A program made the position numbers and the translations under genes. 64,000 nt of DNA from Chloroflexota bacterium (GTDB lineage: Bacteria; Chloroflexota; Dehalococcoidia; Lucifugimonadales; JADFKI01), in NCBI GenBank assembly GCA_027623195.1, contig JAQBUT010000010.1:26235-90234 (forward strand). Reading direction: 5' to 3'. Position 1 is the stretch's first letter. The number at the start of each line of letters is the position of its first letter. Positions 52,383 to 62,276 of this stretch are shown here, piece by piece. Below the pieces are notes generated by a model, which was given only the letters and a program-made list of their open reading frames with translations, ran no database searches and had not been told where the DNA came from.

Positions 52383-52757
52383 GTGCTGAGACTGTCCATG
52401 ATCCTGTTGCTAATGCGCTCCGGCGTGATGCGGCTGATAATGAAGCTGATAATGGATCGCCGTGTCCCTATCCGGGCCAAGCTGGTCATTCCGGCAGCCT
52501 TAATTTACCTTATTTCCCCCTTCGACCTCGTACCCGACATCGTACCAATTTCGGGCTGGATAGACGACATTGTCGTAACGCTGGTGGCCGCAGCCCTGTT
52601 TTTGATGATGGTGCCCAGAGATGTCTTGATGGAACATGTGGGTCGCGCTTCCTCGAAAAGGTCTAAAAACGGGAAGGTCATCGACGGTGAGTATAGAATA
52701 GTGGATGATGAAGCCCCAGACGCGGATGCCAAAGAAGGGGATTCCGAGGCGGCGTAA
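52383..52757 (+). CDS. YkvA/DUF1232 family membrane protein
   Basis: YLISPFDLVPD.VP..GWIDD. Confidence 0.85.
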   Translation: MLRLSMILLLMRSGVMRLIMKLIMDRRVPIRAKLVIPAALIYLISPFDLVPDIVPISGWIDDIVVTLVAAALFLMMVPRDVLMEHVGRASSKRSKNGKVIDGEYRIVDDEAPDADAKEGDSEAA

Positions 52758-52846
52758 AGTCGCTATGAAATATCCCATTTGACTATTCGATACTGTCCAA
52801 AGCAAGCCAGAAAAAATCCAAAATTCCCAACACGGTGAAATAATTC

Positions 52847-53947
52847 ATGGAGATTGCCATCATAGGTCTTCCGCAGTGCGGCAAGACGACCATTTTCAAT
52901 GCAGCAACCAGAGGGGCCGCGGAGGTAGTGGCCTACGCGAACAAGCCTAACATCGGCGTGGCCAAGGTACCCGATGGGCGGCTGGACGTGCTGGAAGGAA
53001 TGTTCAAACCCAAGCGCACGGTTTATGCCGAGGTGACATATCTGGACATACCCGCCGCGCCCGAGGGCTTGGGCAAGACTCAAGGCATCTCCGGAGAGTA
53101 CCTCAATTTTCTGCAACGGGCCGACGCGATTCTAATAGTGGCCAGGGCCTTCGAGGATCCATCGGTGCCGCACGTCGCTGAGTCAATCGACGCATTTCGC
53201 GACATTGACAATATGCTGTACGAGCTTACCTTCGCAGACCTGGAAATCCTTGAACGCAGGCTGAAGCGGGTGGATGACAGCTTCAAAGGCGCTCGTGGCA
53301 CCGAGCGAGACGCTTTGACCAAGGAACAGGCCACCCTGGAGCGCATCAAAGCCGAACTTGAAAGCGGCGTTCACGTCCGGGACCAGACCGTGACTGAGGA
53401 CGAAAAAAGGCTGCTATCCGGGTTCCAGCTTCTTACCTCCAAGCCGCTCATCGTAGTGGTTAACGCTGGCGAGGACCAACTAGACCAGATTGCGGATATG
53501 GAGACCCGTCTGGCCACGGAGGTTGAGGGCTCTAACATAAAGACCGCTGCCCTGTGCGGCAAGGTGGAGATGGAGTTGGCCCAGATGGGGCAGGACGCGG
53601 AGGAGGAGGCAGACTTCCGGGCGACCATGGGCGTCACGGGGGAGTCGGGCCTCAATCGTATGATTAGCCTATCCTACGCGGCGCTGAATCTGATCTCCTT
53701 CCTGACGGTGGGCGAGGACGAGTGCCGGGCATGGCCTATTACGAAGGGGATGGCTGCTCAACAGGCGGCGGGCAAGATCCACACCGACCTGGAGCGGGGT
53801 TTCATCCGTGGCGAGGTTATGACCTACGATGACCTGTGCAGCTGCCGCACGCTGGCCGAGGTCCGCAAGAGAGGCCTCCTTCGCCAAGAAGGCAAGACCT
53901 ATACGGTGCAGGACGGCGACATCATGAACATTTTGTTCAACGTATAG
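52847..53947 (+). CDS. ychF: Redox-regulated ATPase YchF
   Basis: GLPQCGKTT, LLTSKP, AAGKIHTD..RGFI, EGK.Y.VQDGD. Confidence 0.92.
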   Translation: MEIAIIGLPQCGKTTIFNAATRGAAEVVAYANKPNIGVAKVPDGRLDVLEGMFKPKRTVYAEVTYLDIPAAPEGLGKTQGISGEYLNFLQRADAILIVARAFEDPSVPHVAESIDAFRDIDNMLYELTFADLEILERRLKRVDDSFKGARGTERDALTKEQATLERIKAELESGVHVRDQTVTEDEKRLLSGFQLLTSKPLIVVVNAGEDQLDQIADMETRLATEVEGSNIKTAALCGKVEMELAQMGQDAEEEADFRATMGVTGESGLNRMISLSYAALNLISFLTVGEDECRAWPITKGMAAQQAAGKIHTDLERGFIRGEVMTYDDLCSCRTLAEVRKRGLLRQEGKTYTVQDGDIMNILFNV

Positions 53948-53971
53948 CCCCTTTAGAATTGGCTGCGTAAC

Positions 53972-55165
53972 GTGACTGCACAAGACACCCGGCGCATATC
54001 TCTGTACGTGCACGTTCCGTTCTGCGAGACGAAATGCCCCTACTGCGACTTCAACACGTACGCTCGTATTGAGTCGCTGATGCCGTCCTACATTAAAGCC
54101 CTGGTGGCGGAGATACGCCTCTGGGGTCAATTGCTTTCTAAGCCTACCGTTCACACCGTATTTCTTGGCGGGGGCACGCCTTCTTATCTACCCGCCGAGG
54201 ACATAGAAACAGTTATGTCCGCCGTGCAAGATGCCTTCGAACTTGAGAGCGGCGCTGAGGTTACCATGGAGGCCAACCCCGGCGACTTTGATGCGGGCAA
54301 GCTGAAGCAATATCTGGCAGCCGGCGTGAATCGGTTGAGCATTGGCGTACAGAGCTTCGACGATGACCTATTGCAGAAGCTAGGGCGGCGTCACTCGGCT
54401 CAGGGCGCCATCGACGCCTACCGCATGGCCATCGACGCCGGATTCGAGAACGTCAGCATCGACCTGATGTATGGACTGCCCTACCAGAGCCCCGAGCAAT
54501 GGGAATCGACGCTGGACGCTTTGTCCAATCTAAATCCGCCCCACGTATCCATGTACTGCCTGACGTTGGAAGGCGGCACCCCCATGGAGCGGTGGGTGAA
54601 GTCGGGCCAGATGCCCGAGCCCGACCCGGACCTGGCCGCCGACATGTACCTGGCGGCGCAGGAGCGGATGAAGGCGCAGGGATACCGGCATTACGAAATC
54701 TCCAACTGGGCCGGAGTTGGCATGGAGAGCCGCCACAACCTGACGTACTGGCGCAACCAGCCTTACATCGGCGTGGGCCCCGGCGCGCACTCTTACCTCC
54801 CGGGCTATCGCTTCTTCAATTTGAAATCTCCTCGCGATTACATCGACATAATGCAGGCAACTGTCGACCATTCATCAGAGGCCGGAACGAAGGAAATTAT
54901 CCAAAAAATGCCAGTGGTGGAGACCATTGAGGACATCGATAAGGACCTGGAGATGGCCGAGACCATGATGATGGGCTTGCGTCTGGACACCGGCATAGAA
55001 GTCCGTGACTTCAATGAACGCTTCGGTGGGCCGCCGTCTGCCTATTACGGGGAAACGCTGGACGAACTAGCCTCGCTGGGCCTCCTTATGTCTGAAGACG
55101 GCTGCTTGCGCCTCACCCACCGAGGCCGCATGATGGGCAACCAGGTCTTTAGCAGGTTCTTTTGA
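53972..55165 (+). CDS. hemW: Radical SAM heme chaperone HemW
   Basis: YVHVPFCETKCPYCDF, GGGTPS, YEISN, HNLTYW. Confidence 0.9.
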   Translation: MTAQDTRRISLYVHVPFCETKCPYCDFNTYARIESLMPSYIKALVAEIRLWGQLLSKPTVHTVFLGGGTPSYLPAEDIETVMSAVQDAFELESGAEVTMEANPGDFDAGKLKQYLAAGVNRLSIGVQSFDDDLLQKLGRRHSAQGAIDAYRMAIDAGFENVSIDLMYGLPYQSPEQWESTLDALSNLNPPHVSMYCLTLEGGTPMERWVKSGQMPEPDPDLAADMYLAAQERMKAQGYRHYEISNWAGVGMESRHNLTYWRNQPYIGVGPGAHSYLPGYRFFNLKSPRDYIDIMQATVDHSSEAGTKEIIQKMPVVETIEDIDKDLEMAETMMMGLRLDTGIEVRDFNERFGGPPSAYYGETLDELASLGLLMSEDGCLRLTHRGRMMGNQVFSRFF

Positions 55166-55256
55166 AGGCGTGTGGTCGGGACACCTTTTAGAGGGCTTTC
55201 ATACTTTCATTCTGTTCCTGAACTTGGTGCACGCCAGACTTCATGACCTTTCAATG

Positions 55257-55837
55257 TCATTCATCCCGCATGTGCTCCATCATTCGCGCCATTACGAGCA
55301 CGGGTATTCGAGATGGGTCCCCAAGTGCCTCCCCCTTCTCGGCTATATTCTCCAGTGTTTTCGCGTAGTTCTCAGCGCCTTCTTGCAGTACTTCTTTTAC
55401 GGTGCCGCCGAACATGGCGCTCATGATTCCGAGATTGAAAGCTGCGATATACACCTGTCCATCACTGGTCTCATAGATGCTGACCGGTATCGGCATGTTC
55501 GCCGACAGGGGTTTGTCGTTGTCGTCTCTTAATATCCTGTATCCGCGTCGGGGTTGCAGAAATATATGACCTTCAACCTTGTCATATTCTTGTGGCCTGC
55601 TCTGAGATAGGCTTCCTGAAGGTCGTATGTATTTGGAATCTCCCATCCGTTATTGATGGCAGACTCGCTAATTGCCGATACCGTCTCTTCGAAATTGAGT
55701 TTGCTTTTTCTCGCGGTAATCATTAATTTCTTCATCAGGCCATATTTGACAGCAAGAACCTTCATGCCTATCGCTACTCCGATGGCCCCTCCAACCGCTG
55801 AGACAGCAACCAATCCAACCGTTGATTTTGCGCCCAT
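55257..55837 (-). pseudogene. DUF302 family protein split by a 1-nt frameshift
   Basis: Frame 1 ..FEETV..GW..YFCNP joins frame 2 GYRIL..MP..VSIYE..DG.VYI near 55545. Confidence 0.7.
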
Positions 55838-55944
55838 CGTGTACCTCTCTCGATGTTCTGCGCCGCCAAGAGCGGCAACAATACACCTCCTGACTTCAGA
55901 AGGCTAATATCATGCACCTATTTTGCTCCCTCGCCTTTAGACAG

Positions 55945-56163
55945 CTAGAGGGTGCTTGTCTCTCTCGACCTGAACACGTAGTAAAGTACCGCGCCCGAAC
56001 CTATCATGATTGAGCCAACGATCGTACAAGCAGTTCCGCACCCCAGTATTGATGTGTCATCAAATCCAAATCCGACAGCAAATCCAGTCAAACAGGATAT
56101 GCCACACACTAGGAGGATGGAACCCAGTGCTATCCAAACTCCACTAACCGTAGCCCTTAGCAT
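55945..56163 (-). CDS. Small two-TM Cys-containing membrane protein
   Basis: Two hydrophobic helices; ATG 56163 after GGTGAG. Confidence 0.45.
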   Translation of the reverse strand: MLRATVSGVWIALGSILLVCGISCLTGFAVGFGFDDTSILGCGTACTIVGSIMIGSGAVLYYVFRSRETSTL

Positions 56164-56226
56164 CTCACCGCCGGTATTCCTTTTTGCCTCCCAGGAAGTT
56201 CTCCAAATTACGGAGCAACTAACCAA

Positions 56227-56480
56227 CTACACGTTCGAAAGGCTTTCTTTCATTTGCTCGAACTCCTTTTGAGTTATTTCACCTCTCGCATATCGCCTTG
56301 CCGGGATATCTAAAGCAGTCTCCGAATCCCTGCTTTCGCTTTGACGCCCACCAGATTCCTGCCACGGTGATCCATGGCCTCGTCGTCCGAACATCAGGTA
56401 CATAAAAGTCATCATCATCGCGAATCCTATGATGGGGAATAGGAACAAAATACCGCTCCCCCCATGAATTCGGGACCCAT
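56227..56480 (-). pseudogene. SHOCT-domain membrane protein with an N-terminal frameshift
   Basis: ALDI..RRYARGEIT.KEF SHOCT; the SD GGAGGT + ATG 56480 frame shifts at a G6 tract. Confidence 0.65.
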
Positions 56481-56571
56481 TAACTTACCTCCCTTCCGTC
56501 GCAGGGTTTCGCAACCCCCAGCGAAGATGAACGAGATGGCAATAGGATTTCCACTAGAATCGTAGCTGCAA

Positions 56572-56970
56572 CTAGCCTTCACTATCGCTTCGGTAAGATG
56601 TCCGTTTCCCTTCACCTTCCCCTTCTGAGGAGTCCTCCATACTTGTCCTTTTGCGAATACTAAACCAGTTCATCAGCCAAGCCAGGGCGAAGACGCCGCC
56701 AAGCACAGTCAGCCCGAACCTTGGCCAAGATCCGGTGGGCCATAACAACACTGATATCGCCTTTCCCACAGTGGAAGCTGGGCCGGATTCCGCGCCGGTG
56801 GACTGTGAGAGGCCGGAAAGTCTATTCTCGGAGGTCTTGACGATCCTTTTGCTGGAGCGCAGAAGTGCTGACACCCTGCGAAACAGGACTAATGCCAAAG
56901 CGCCCATAAGAATCAGCAAGGAGAGGAAAGCTAAATCCCTTGCCATTGCGATTATCTCTGCGATGCTCAA
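56572..56970 (-). CDS. Hypothetical membrane protein
   Basis: SD GAGGAGG + TTG 56970; two hydrophobic segments. Confidence 0.55.
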   Translation of the reverse strand: MSIAEIIAMARDLAFLSLLILMGALALVLFRRVSALLRSSKRIVKTSENRLSGLSQSTGAESGPASTVGKAISVLLWPTGSWPRFGLTVLGGVFALAWLMNWFSIRKRTSMEDSSEGEGEGKRTSYRSDSEG

Positions 56971-57308
56971 TTGGTTTTCCTCCTCACAGAGACGGTCTAG
57001 TGCCTCGCCTAATGCCTCCACCATTTAACTAACACTCAATGCAACGATAAAACCATGAGGATCATGCGCGAGGACGTGAGGATTCTTTGATGTTCTGCCG
57101 TAATATGTCCGTATATCGGCCTATGGTTATCGTTTAGCGCTTCCTTCACATTTCCAAATTCTTCCAAGAACCACCGGGCCTGTGATATAATTTTATGTCG
57201 CACGGGCGTTCTAAATTTGATATTATGTGTTCTAGGCGATTTACGTAATTCAAACATTCCAAAGAATTTCGAAAAATCCCTAGAGGAAGCAGCAGAGGTT
57301 AACATTCC

Positions 57309-57992
57309 ATGAAAGTCGTATTCCTTGAGGACGTTGAAGGCGTAGCCATGGGCGGTGAAGTCAAAGAAGTAAAAAATGGCTTCGCTCGTAACTACTTGAT
57401 TCCTAAGAATTTGGCGGTCCCCGCAACTCATAACGCCCTTCAGAGGGTACAGGGTCTTGCCGTGCAGGCCGATAACGATCGGGTGAAGATGCTTACCGAC
57501 ATGCGTGAATTGGCCAACCACCTCGAGGGAGTGCGGGTCGACGTGCAGATGCGTGCCGGCGCTACCGGTCAGCTTTACGGCTCGGTGACCAATGCTATGG
57601 TGGCGGAGAGGCTGTTTGAGCTAACCGAACGAGAAATTGACCGCCGCGTTATCGAAATAGCTGAGCCAATTCGCGATTTGGGCAGGTTCGAAGTCAATGT
57701 GCGGCTTCATGCAGATGTGCAGGCGCAGATTGGCGTTCTGGTGTACCCCATTGGCAAGGAAGCTGATGAGTTCGCGCAGTCGCTGTTAGACGCTGAGGCG
57801 AAGGCATCCGAGGCTGAGGCTGCGGAAGCGCTTATCGGCCAGGCCGTAGCGCCAACTGACGCACCCGGGGATTCTACGGCGGAACCTGAGGAAGAAGAGA
57901 CTGAGCCAGAGACTTCCGAAGAATCCTCCTCCGAAGACGTTTCGGACGAGGAAGAGGAAACCGCGGAGGAAACCGACTCAGAAAAGGAGTAA
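57309..57992 (+). CDS. rplI: 50S ribosomal protein L9 with an acidic C-terminal tail
   Basis: MKVVFLEDV, VKNGFARNYLIP, LYGSVT. Confidence 0.95.
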   Translation: MKVVFLEDVEGVAMGGEVKEVKNGFARNYLIPKNLAVPATHNALQRVQGLAVQADNDRVKMLTDMRELANHLEGVRVDVQMRAGATGQLYGSVTNAMVAERLFELTEREIDRRVIEIAEPIRDLGRFEVNVRLHADVQAQIGVLVYPIGKEADEFAQSLLDAEAKASEAEAAEALIGQAVAPTDAPGDSTAEPEEEETEPETSEESSSEDVSDEEEETAEETDSEKE

Positions 57993-58102
57993 AGTTCGTT
58001 TCAAATCTCTTGAATTAGGGCTTGGATTTCCATAGCCTAAGCCGTATCCATATGAGTTGCGTTTACGACCTACTGAACTAATCTTCACACGAGGAACGAG
58101 AT

Positions 58103-59476
58103 TTGTACGCCGAACGTCTACCACCCCACGACCTCAACGCGGAGGAGTCGGTCGTTGGCTCCATCCTCATCGACGGCGACGCCCTTCCCGGGGTCACATC
58201 TTTTCTTAAATCCAGCGACTTTTTTGGCGAGAGAAATCGCCACTGTTTTGAGGCCGCTAGTTCGCTTTCTGAGAGAGGCGAGGCCATCAATCAGGTAACG
58301 GTAGCACACGAACTCTTCCTCAATGATCATCTGGAAAATGTTGGAGGCTCCGGGTACCTGAGCCACCTGGTAATGGTGGTGCCCACCTCCGTACACATTG
58401 AGCACTACGCCCGAATAGTCCAACGCATGTCAATCATGCGTCAGCTCATCGACGTTGGCGGTCGCATTGCGGGCATAGGCTACGATGGTGGCCCCGACTC
58501 CGACGTTGCAATGAGCCGGGCAGAAGAGCTTCTCTTCGCGGTCCGATCTGGCCGGGGCGCGGGGGACTTCACACACATTCGGGACGTGCTGGACGAATAC
58601 CTGGAGGAGAGCACGGCCATGCACGGGCCGGACTCCGATCATCAAGCGCCGGTGACAACCGGTTATCAAATGATGGACAGGCTTCTGGGCGGCGGGATGC
58701 AGCGCTCCGACATGATCGTGCTGGCGGCCAGGCCTAGCCAGGGTAAGAGCACGCTGGCGTTCAATATCGCTCGAAACGCGGCGGGGGGCGGCAACAGCGT
58801 TGGCGTATTCAGCCTGGAGATGAGCCGGCAACAGATCGGCATGAGGCTGCTTTCCAGCGAGGCGGATGTGGATAGCTATCGCATGCGCCTTGGACTGTTG
58901 AACTCCAACGAGGAGACGCGTCTGCTGGACGCCGTGGGTATGCTGTCGGATATGCCAATATATATCGACGACACTCCTATACAGACCATCGTGGAGATGA
59001 GGGGCAAGGCCCGTCGTCTGCAGGCGGAGCGCGGACTGGACCTGTTGGTTATCGACTACCTGCAGCTCATAGGGGGCACGGGCAAAATCGACAATCGCGT
59101 GCAGGAGATGGGTGAGATTTCTCGCTCGATCAAGGGCATGGCGCGGGACCTGAACATACCGGTTATCGCCTGCTCTCAACTTAGCAGAGCAATAGAGCAA
59201 AGGCCCAATCATAGGCCACTGCTGTCAGACCTCCGAGAGAGCGGCAGCATAGAGCAGGACGCTGATATTGTGTCGTTCATCCACAGGGAGGACGCGTTCA
59301 TCAGTAGGGAGGACTGGGATAAGCGAGAACCTACCAAACCCTACCCAGAGAATACCGCCGAGATCATCTTCGCCAAACACAGGAACGGCCCTGTTGGATC
59401 GGTGGCCCTTTACTTCCGAAACGATGTGGTGCGATTCGAGAGCCTGGAGACGACTCCTAGCATGGAATATGCCTAA
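58103..59476 (+). CDS. dnaB: Replicative DNA helicase
   Basis: PPH..AEE, AARPSQGKS, IDYLQL, SQLSR, DLRESGSIEQDAD, KHRNGP. Confidence 0.97.
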   Translation: MYAERLPPHDLNAEESVVGSILIDGDALPGVTSFLKSSDFFGERNRHCFEAASSLSERGEAINQVTVAHELFLNDHLENVGGSGYLSHLVMVVPTSVHIEHYARIVQRMSIMRQLIDVGGRIAGIGYDGGPDSDVAMSRAEELLFAVRSGRGAGDFTHIRDVLDEYLEESTAMHGPDSDHQAPVTTGYQMMDRLLGGGMQRSDMIVLAARPSQGKSTLAFNIARNAAGGGNSVGVFSLEMSRQQIGMRLLSSEADVDSYRMRLGLLNSNEETRLLDAVGMLSDMPIYIDDTPIQTIVEMRGKARRLQAERGLDLLVIDYLQLIGGTGKIDNRVQEMGEISRSIKGMARDLNIPVIACSQLSRAIEQRPNHRPLLSDLRESGSIEQDADIVSFIHREDAFISREDWDKREPTKPYPENTAEIIFAKHRNGPVGSVALYFRNDVVRFESLETTPSMEYA

Positions 59477-59548
59477 CGTTGAAAGGCATACCTTCCTGCG
59501 GTCTTTGATCCGTTTAAGCTCGGCGTCTTTTGGAATGGGTGGCCCGTA

Positions 59549-60223
59549 GTGAAAACTCAAAGCAAATTTGAGGGCTTTTCTCGCCGTGTAAGGTCGGTCC
59601 CGGTTCCAAGTCCGATGTTTGGCCAACTGCTTGAGACGATTGATGACCTGGCGGAGTTCAAGAGCACGCTGAGGGTCATGTATCTGCTGCAAGAGAAGAA
59701 GGGCTTCCCCCGATTCCTCACCCACGGCGAACTGCTGGCGGATCGAACGCTGGTGAATGCTCTCGCCACTGATGGCCAGCCTGACCACGGGCGAATTGAG
59801 GTTGCGCTTCAGAAGGCTGTAGCGAGGGGTACACTGGTGTCGGCCCTAGCTACCGATTCGGGCGAACGGCTGTACATGGTCAACACTGAGCAGAATCGCC
59901 TGGCGTTGGCCGAAATGGCTGCCAATGTTGAAGCGGTGAACGAGGGTATTCAGCCGGAACCGTGGCAGGGCGCTGCCCAGAGACCAAACGTTTTCGCCAT
60001 GTACGAGGCCAATATTGGACTGCTCAGTCCTATGGTGGCGGACGAACTTCGAGAGGCGGAGGAGCTTTACCCCGAAGAGTGGATCGAGGACGCCTTTCGG
60101 GAGGCCGTGAGTCAGAACAAGCGCAGCTGGCGCTACATTTCACGCATACTGGAGCGCTGGGACACAGAGGGTAAGCACGATGGAAAACCTGGGCGATATC
60201 CTAAAAAGGCTGGACGTTACTAG
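59549..60223 (+). CDS. DnaD domain protein
   Basis: YEANIG..P, AFREAV, YISRILERW motif; wHTH-like N-terminus. Confidence 0.85.
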   Translation: MKTQSKFEGFSRRVRSVPVPSPMFGQLLETIDDLAEFKSTLRVMYLLQEKKGFPRFLTHGELLADRTLVNALATDGQPDHGRIEVALQKAVARGTLVSALATDSGERLYMVNTEQNRLALAEMAANVEAVNEGIQPEPWQGAAQRPNVFAMYEANIGLLSPMVADELREAEELYPEEWIEDAFREAVSQNKRSWRYISRILERWDTEGKHDGKPGRYPKKAGRY

Positions 60224-61595
60224 GCCGATATCTCCGCCCGGTAACGCGCCATTTAAAGGCTCAGACGAGGATGGCGAGGGTTCGATATACGAGCTGCCCT
60301 CCACAGCATGCGATAGCTGTGCCGGTCGCGGTTGGTTCACCCCGGACGTTCCGGCGGGCCACCCGGACTTTGGAACCATTCTGACCTGTGAGTGCCAGCG
60401 GGACAGGCTTAGTGAGGAGCGGTCGGCCAGACTGTTTCGCTACAGCAATCTCGGTCAGCTAACCCGATTTACCTTCGATAACCTGGACCCTAATGGTCTG
60501 TCAGATGAGCCTGAGGACCAGCTTGTTTTCAGCGAGGCCTATAAGCATGCAGTTGCCTATGCCGAGAATCCTGAAGGGTGGCTGATATTCACCGGTCCTA
60601 ACGGCGCCGGCAAAACGCATCTTGCCGCTGCCGTAGCTAACCGATGCATTGAGCGAGACCTTGTTGTCTTCTTCGTTCATGTCCCCGACCTGCTGGACCA
60701 CCTGCGTGGGGCCTATGCCCCGGGCAGTGATGTGTCATATAGCGATCTGCTAGAGCAGGTTCTTAGCGCGCCAATACTTGTTCTAGACGGTCTTGGCAGC
60801 CAAAGCTCTACGCCGTGGGCAGAGGAGAAGCTGCAACAGATCATCAACCACAGGTACAACGCCGAATCACCAACTATTGTGACCACCGCCAACGATATGG
60901 CGGAGCTGGACCCGTACATACGCAGCAGGTTCCAGGCCAGCGGGCTCAGCCGTGTGGTGGAGGTGGCGACTCATCAGCCGACGCAGGTACACAGGCTTGG
61001 GCGTATCGATCCGGAAATGCTAAAACGCATGACCTTCGAGACATTCGACGTGCGCGGCAACAACCCTACGGCGGGGCAAAGGGCCAGCATCGATGCTGCG
61101 TTGCAGGCGGCCAAAAACTTCGCACAGGACCCAGATGGTTGGATTACGCTGTTCGGAGAGACCGGCGTGGGTAAAACGCACCTAGCCGTGGCTATTGCGG
61201 AGCGCCGAATCAGACATGGGAAGCCCGTGTTCTTCGCCTTTGTGCCAGAGCTTTTGGACTACCTTAGGTACACCTTCACCCCAGACAGTCGGGTTACATA
61301 CGACCGTATTTTCGATGAGATAAAGAACACGCCGCTGCTGATTCTGGATGACCTGGGACAGGAGCACAGCAGTCCGTGGGCCTACGAGAAGCTTTACCAG
61401 CTCATCGTTCACCGGCACAACAGCCGGCTACCCACGGTGATAACCAGCATGAAGGACTTTACGGAGGAGCGCGGCCCCATAGGCTCTCGGGTACAGGACC
61501 CGAGCGTGGGCAGCTTAATCCGTCTTGACGCCCCGGACTTCCGAATCAAAGAGAGGACAGCCAGGGGCGGGCGCGGAAAGGCAGCGTCTCGATAG
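60180..61595 (+). CDS. Tandem DnaC/DnaI/IstB-like AAA+ ATPase (putative helicase loader)
   Basis: CxxC..CxC Zn site; Walker A GPNGAGKT and GETGVGKT; Walker B LVLDG and LILDD. Confidence 0.85.
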   Translation: MENLGDILKRLDVTRPISPPGNAPFKGSDEDGEGSIYELPSTACDSCAGRGWFTPDVPAGHPDFGTILTCECQRDRLSEERSARLFRYSNLGQLTRFTFDNLDPNGLSDEPEDQLVFSEAYKHAVAYAENPEGWLIFTGPNGAGKTHLAAAVANRCIERDLVVFFVHVPDLLDHLRGAYAPGSDVSYSDLLEQVLSAPILVLDGLGSQSSTPWAEEKLQQIINHRYNAESPTIVTTANDMAELDPYIRSRFQASGLSRVVEVATHQPTQVHRLGRIDPEMLKRMTFETFDVRGNNPTAGQRASIDAALQAAKNFAQDPDGWITLFGETGVGKTHLAVAIAERRIRHGKPVFFAFVPELLDYLRYTFTPDSRVTYDRIFDEIKNTPLLILDDLGQEHSSPWAYEKLYQLIVHRHNSRLPTVITSMKDFTEERGPIGSRVQDPSVGSLIRLDAPDFRIKERTARGGRGKAASR

Positions 61596-61600
61596 TCGGG

Positions 61601-61942
61601 ATGACTTCGAAGCAATGCACATTCTGCCAAATAGTGTCCGGGCAAGAACCCGCCAATGTCCACTACGATGATGATGATATCCTTGTGTTCGACAACCAGT
61701 TGGACTGGGCGCCCGTCATGCTGCTTCTCATTCCCAAGCAACACCTGACCCAGGCCGAGTTGTGGACCAGCGGCGACCTTTTCTCCAGGATAAGTGCAAT
61801 TGCCGTTGAAATGGGCAATCAACACTGTCCAAACGGGTTCAGGCTGCTGTCTAACTTCGGCCCGGACGCTATGCAAAGTCAGTCCCACAGTCATTTGCAC
61901 GTCATTGGTGGCAAGCCGCTGGGGCTGTACGTTCGGCGGTGA
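61601..61942 (+). CDS. HIT family nucleotide hydrolase
   Basis: CTFC, IPK.H, QSHSHLHVIGG. Confidence 0.9.
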   Translation: MTSKQCTFCQIVSGQEPANVHYDDDDILVFDNQLDWAPVMLLLIPKQHLTQAELWTSGDLFSRISAIAVEMGNQHCPNGFRLLSNFGPDAMQSQSHSHLHVIGGKPLGLYVRR

Positions 61943-61980
61943 TACCAAGGCCCTGAATTGAGAGTGGTGGGGACGTAGGC

Positions 61981-62060
61981 AAAAAATAGCCCCCCATGGT
62001 GGCTGACTCATGGGGGGCTTGCCCAGAAGGAGGGACCGCGAGCGGTTGGACGGTCAGTAC
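61981..62060 (-). ncRNA. Candidate ~80-nt small RNA with an anti-SD segment and terminator
   Basis: -10 TATATT, gaccg/cggtc hairpin, CCCUCCUUCU, GC-rich stem plus U6. Confidence 0.4.
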
Positions 62061-62238
62061 AGCTTCAATATACTCTCCAATTGTTAGCCGCAGGTTAGTA
62101 CAAGGTTTTGGAATTGTTTGGTTTTCGCGAAGTTCATTGGCAATTGGTTTGCTGAATTTATTTGGACTTGCTAGTTTACGTGGAAAGTATGTGAGGCTGA
62201 TGCATATGGGGTGTAGGCGTCTACTTAGGGTAGGAAAA

Positions 62239-62276
62239 TAAAAGGCCACCGTCTTTTTAAAGACGGTGGCCTTTTA
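62239..62276. terminator. Near-perfect palindromic terminator
   Basis: taaaaggccaccgtctt..aagacggtggcctttta. Confidence 0.75.

Noticed and set aside
60180..61595. IS21 IstB transposition helper
   Set aside because: No IstA or IRs; it sits in the core dnaB-dnaD operon and has a loader-type Zn site
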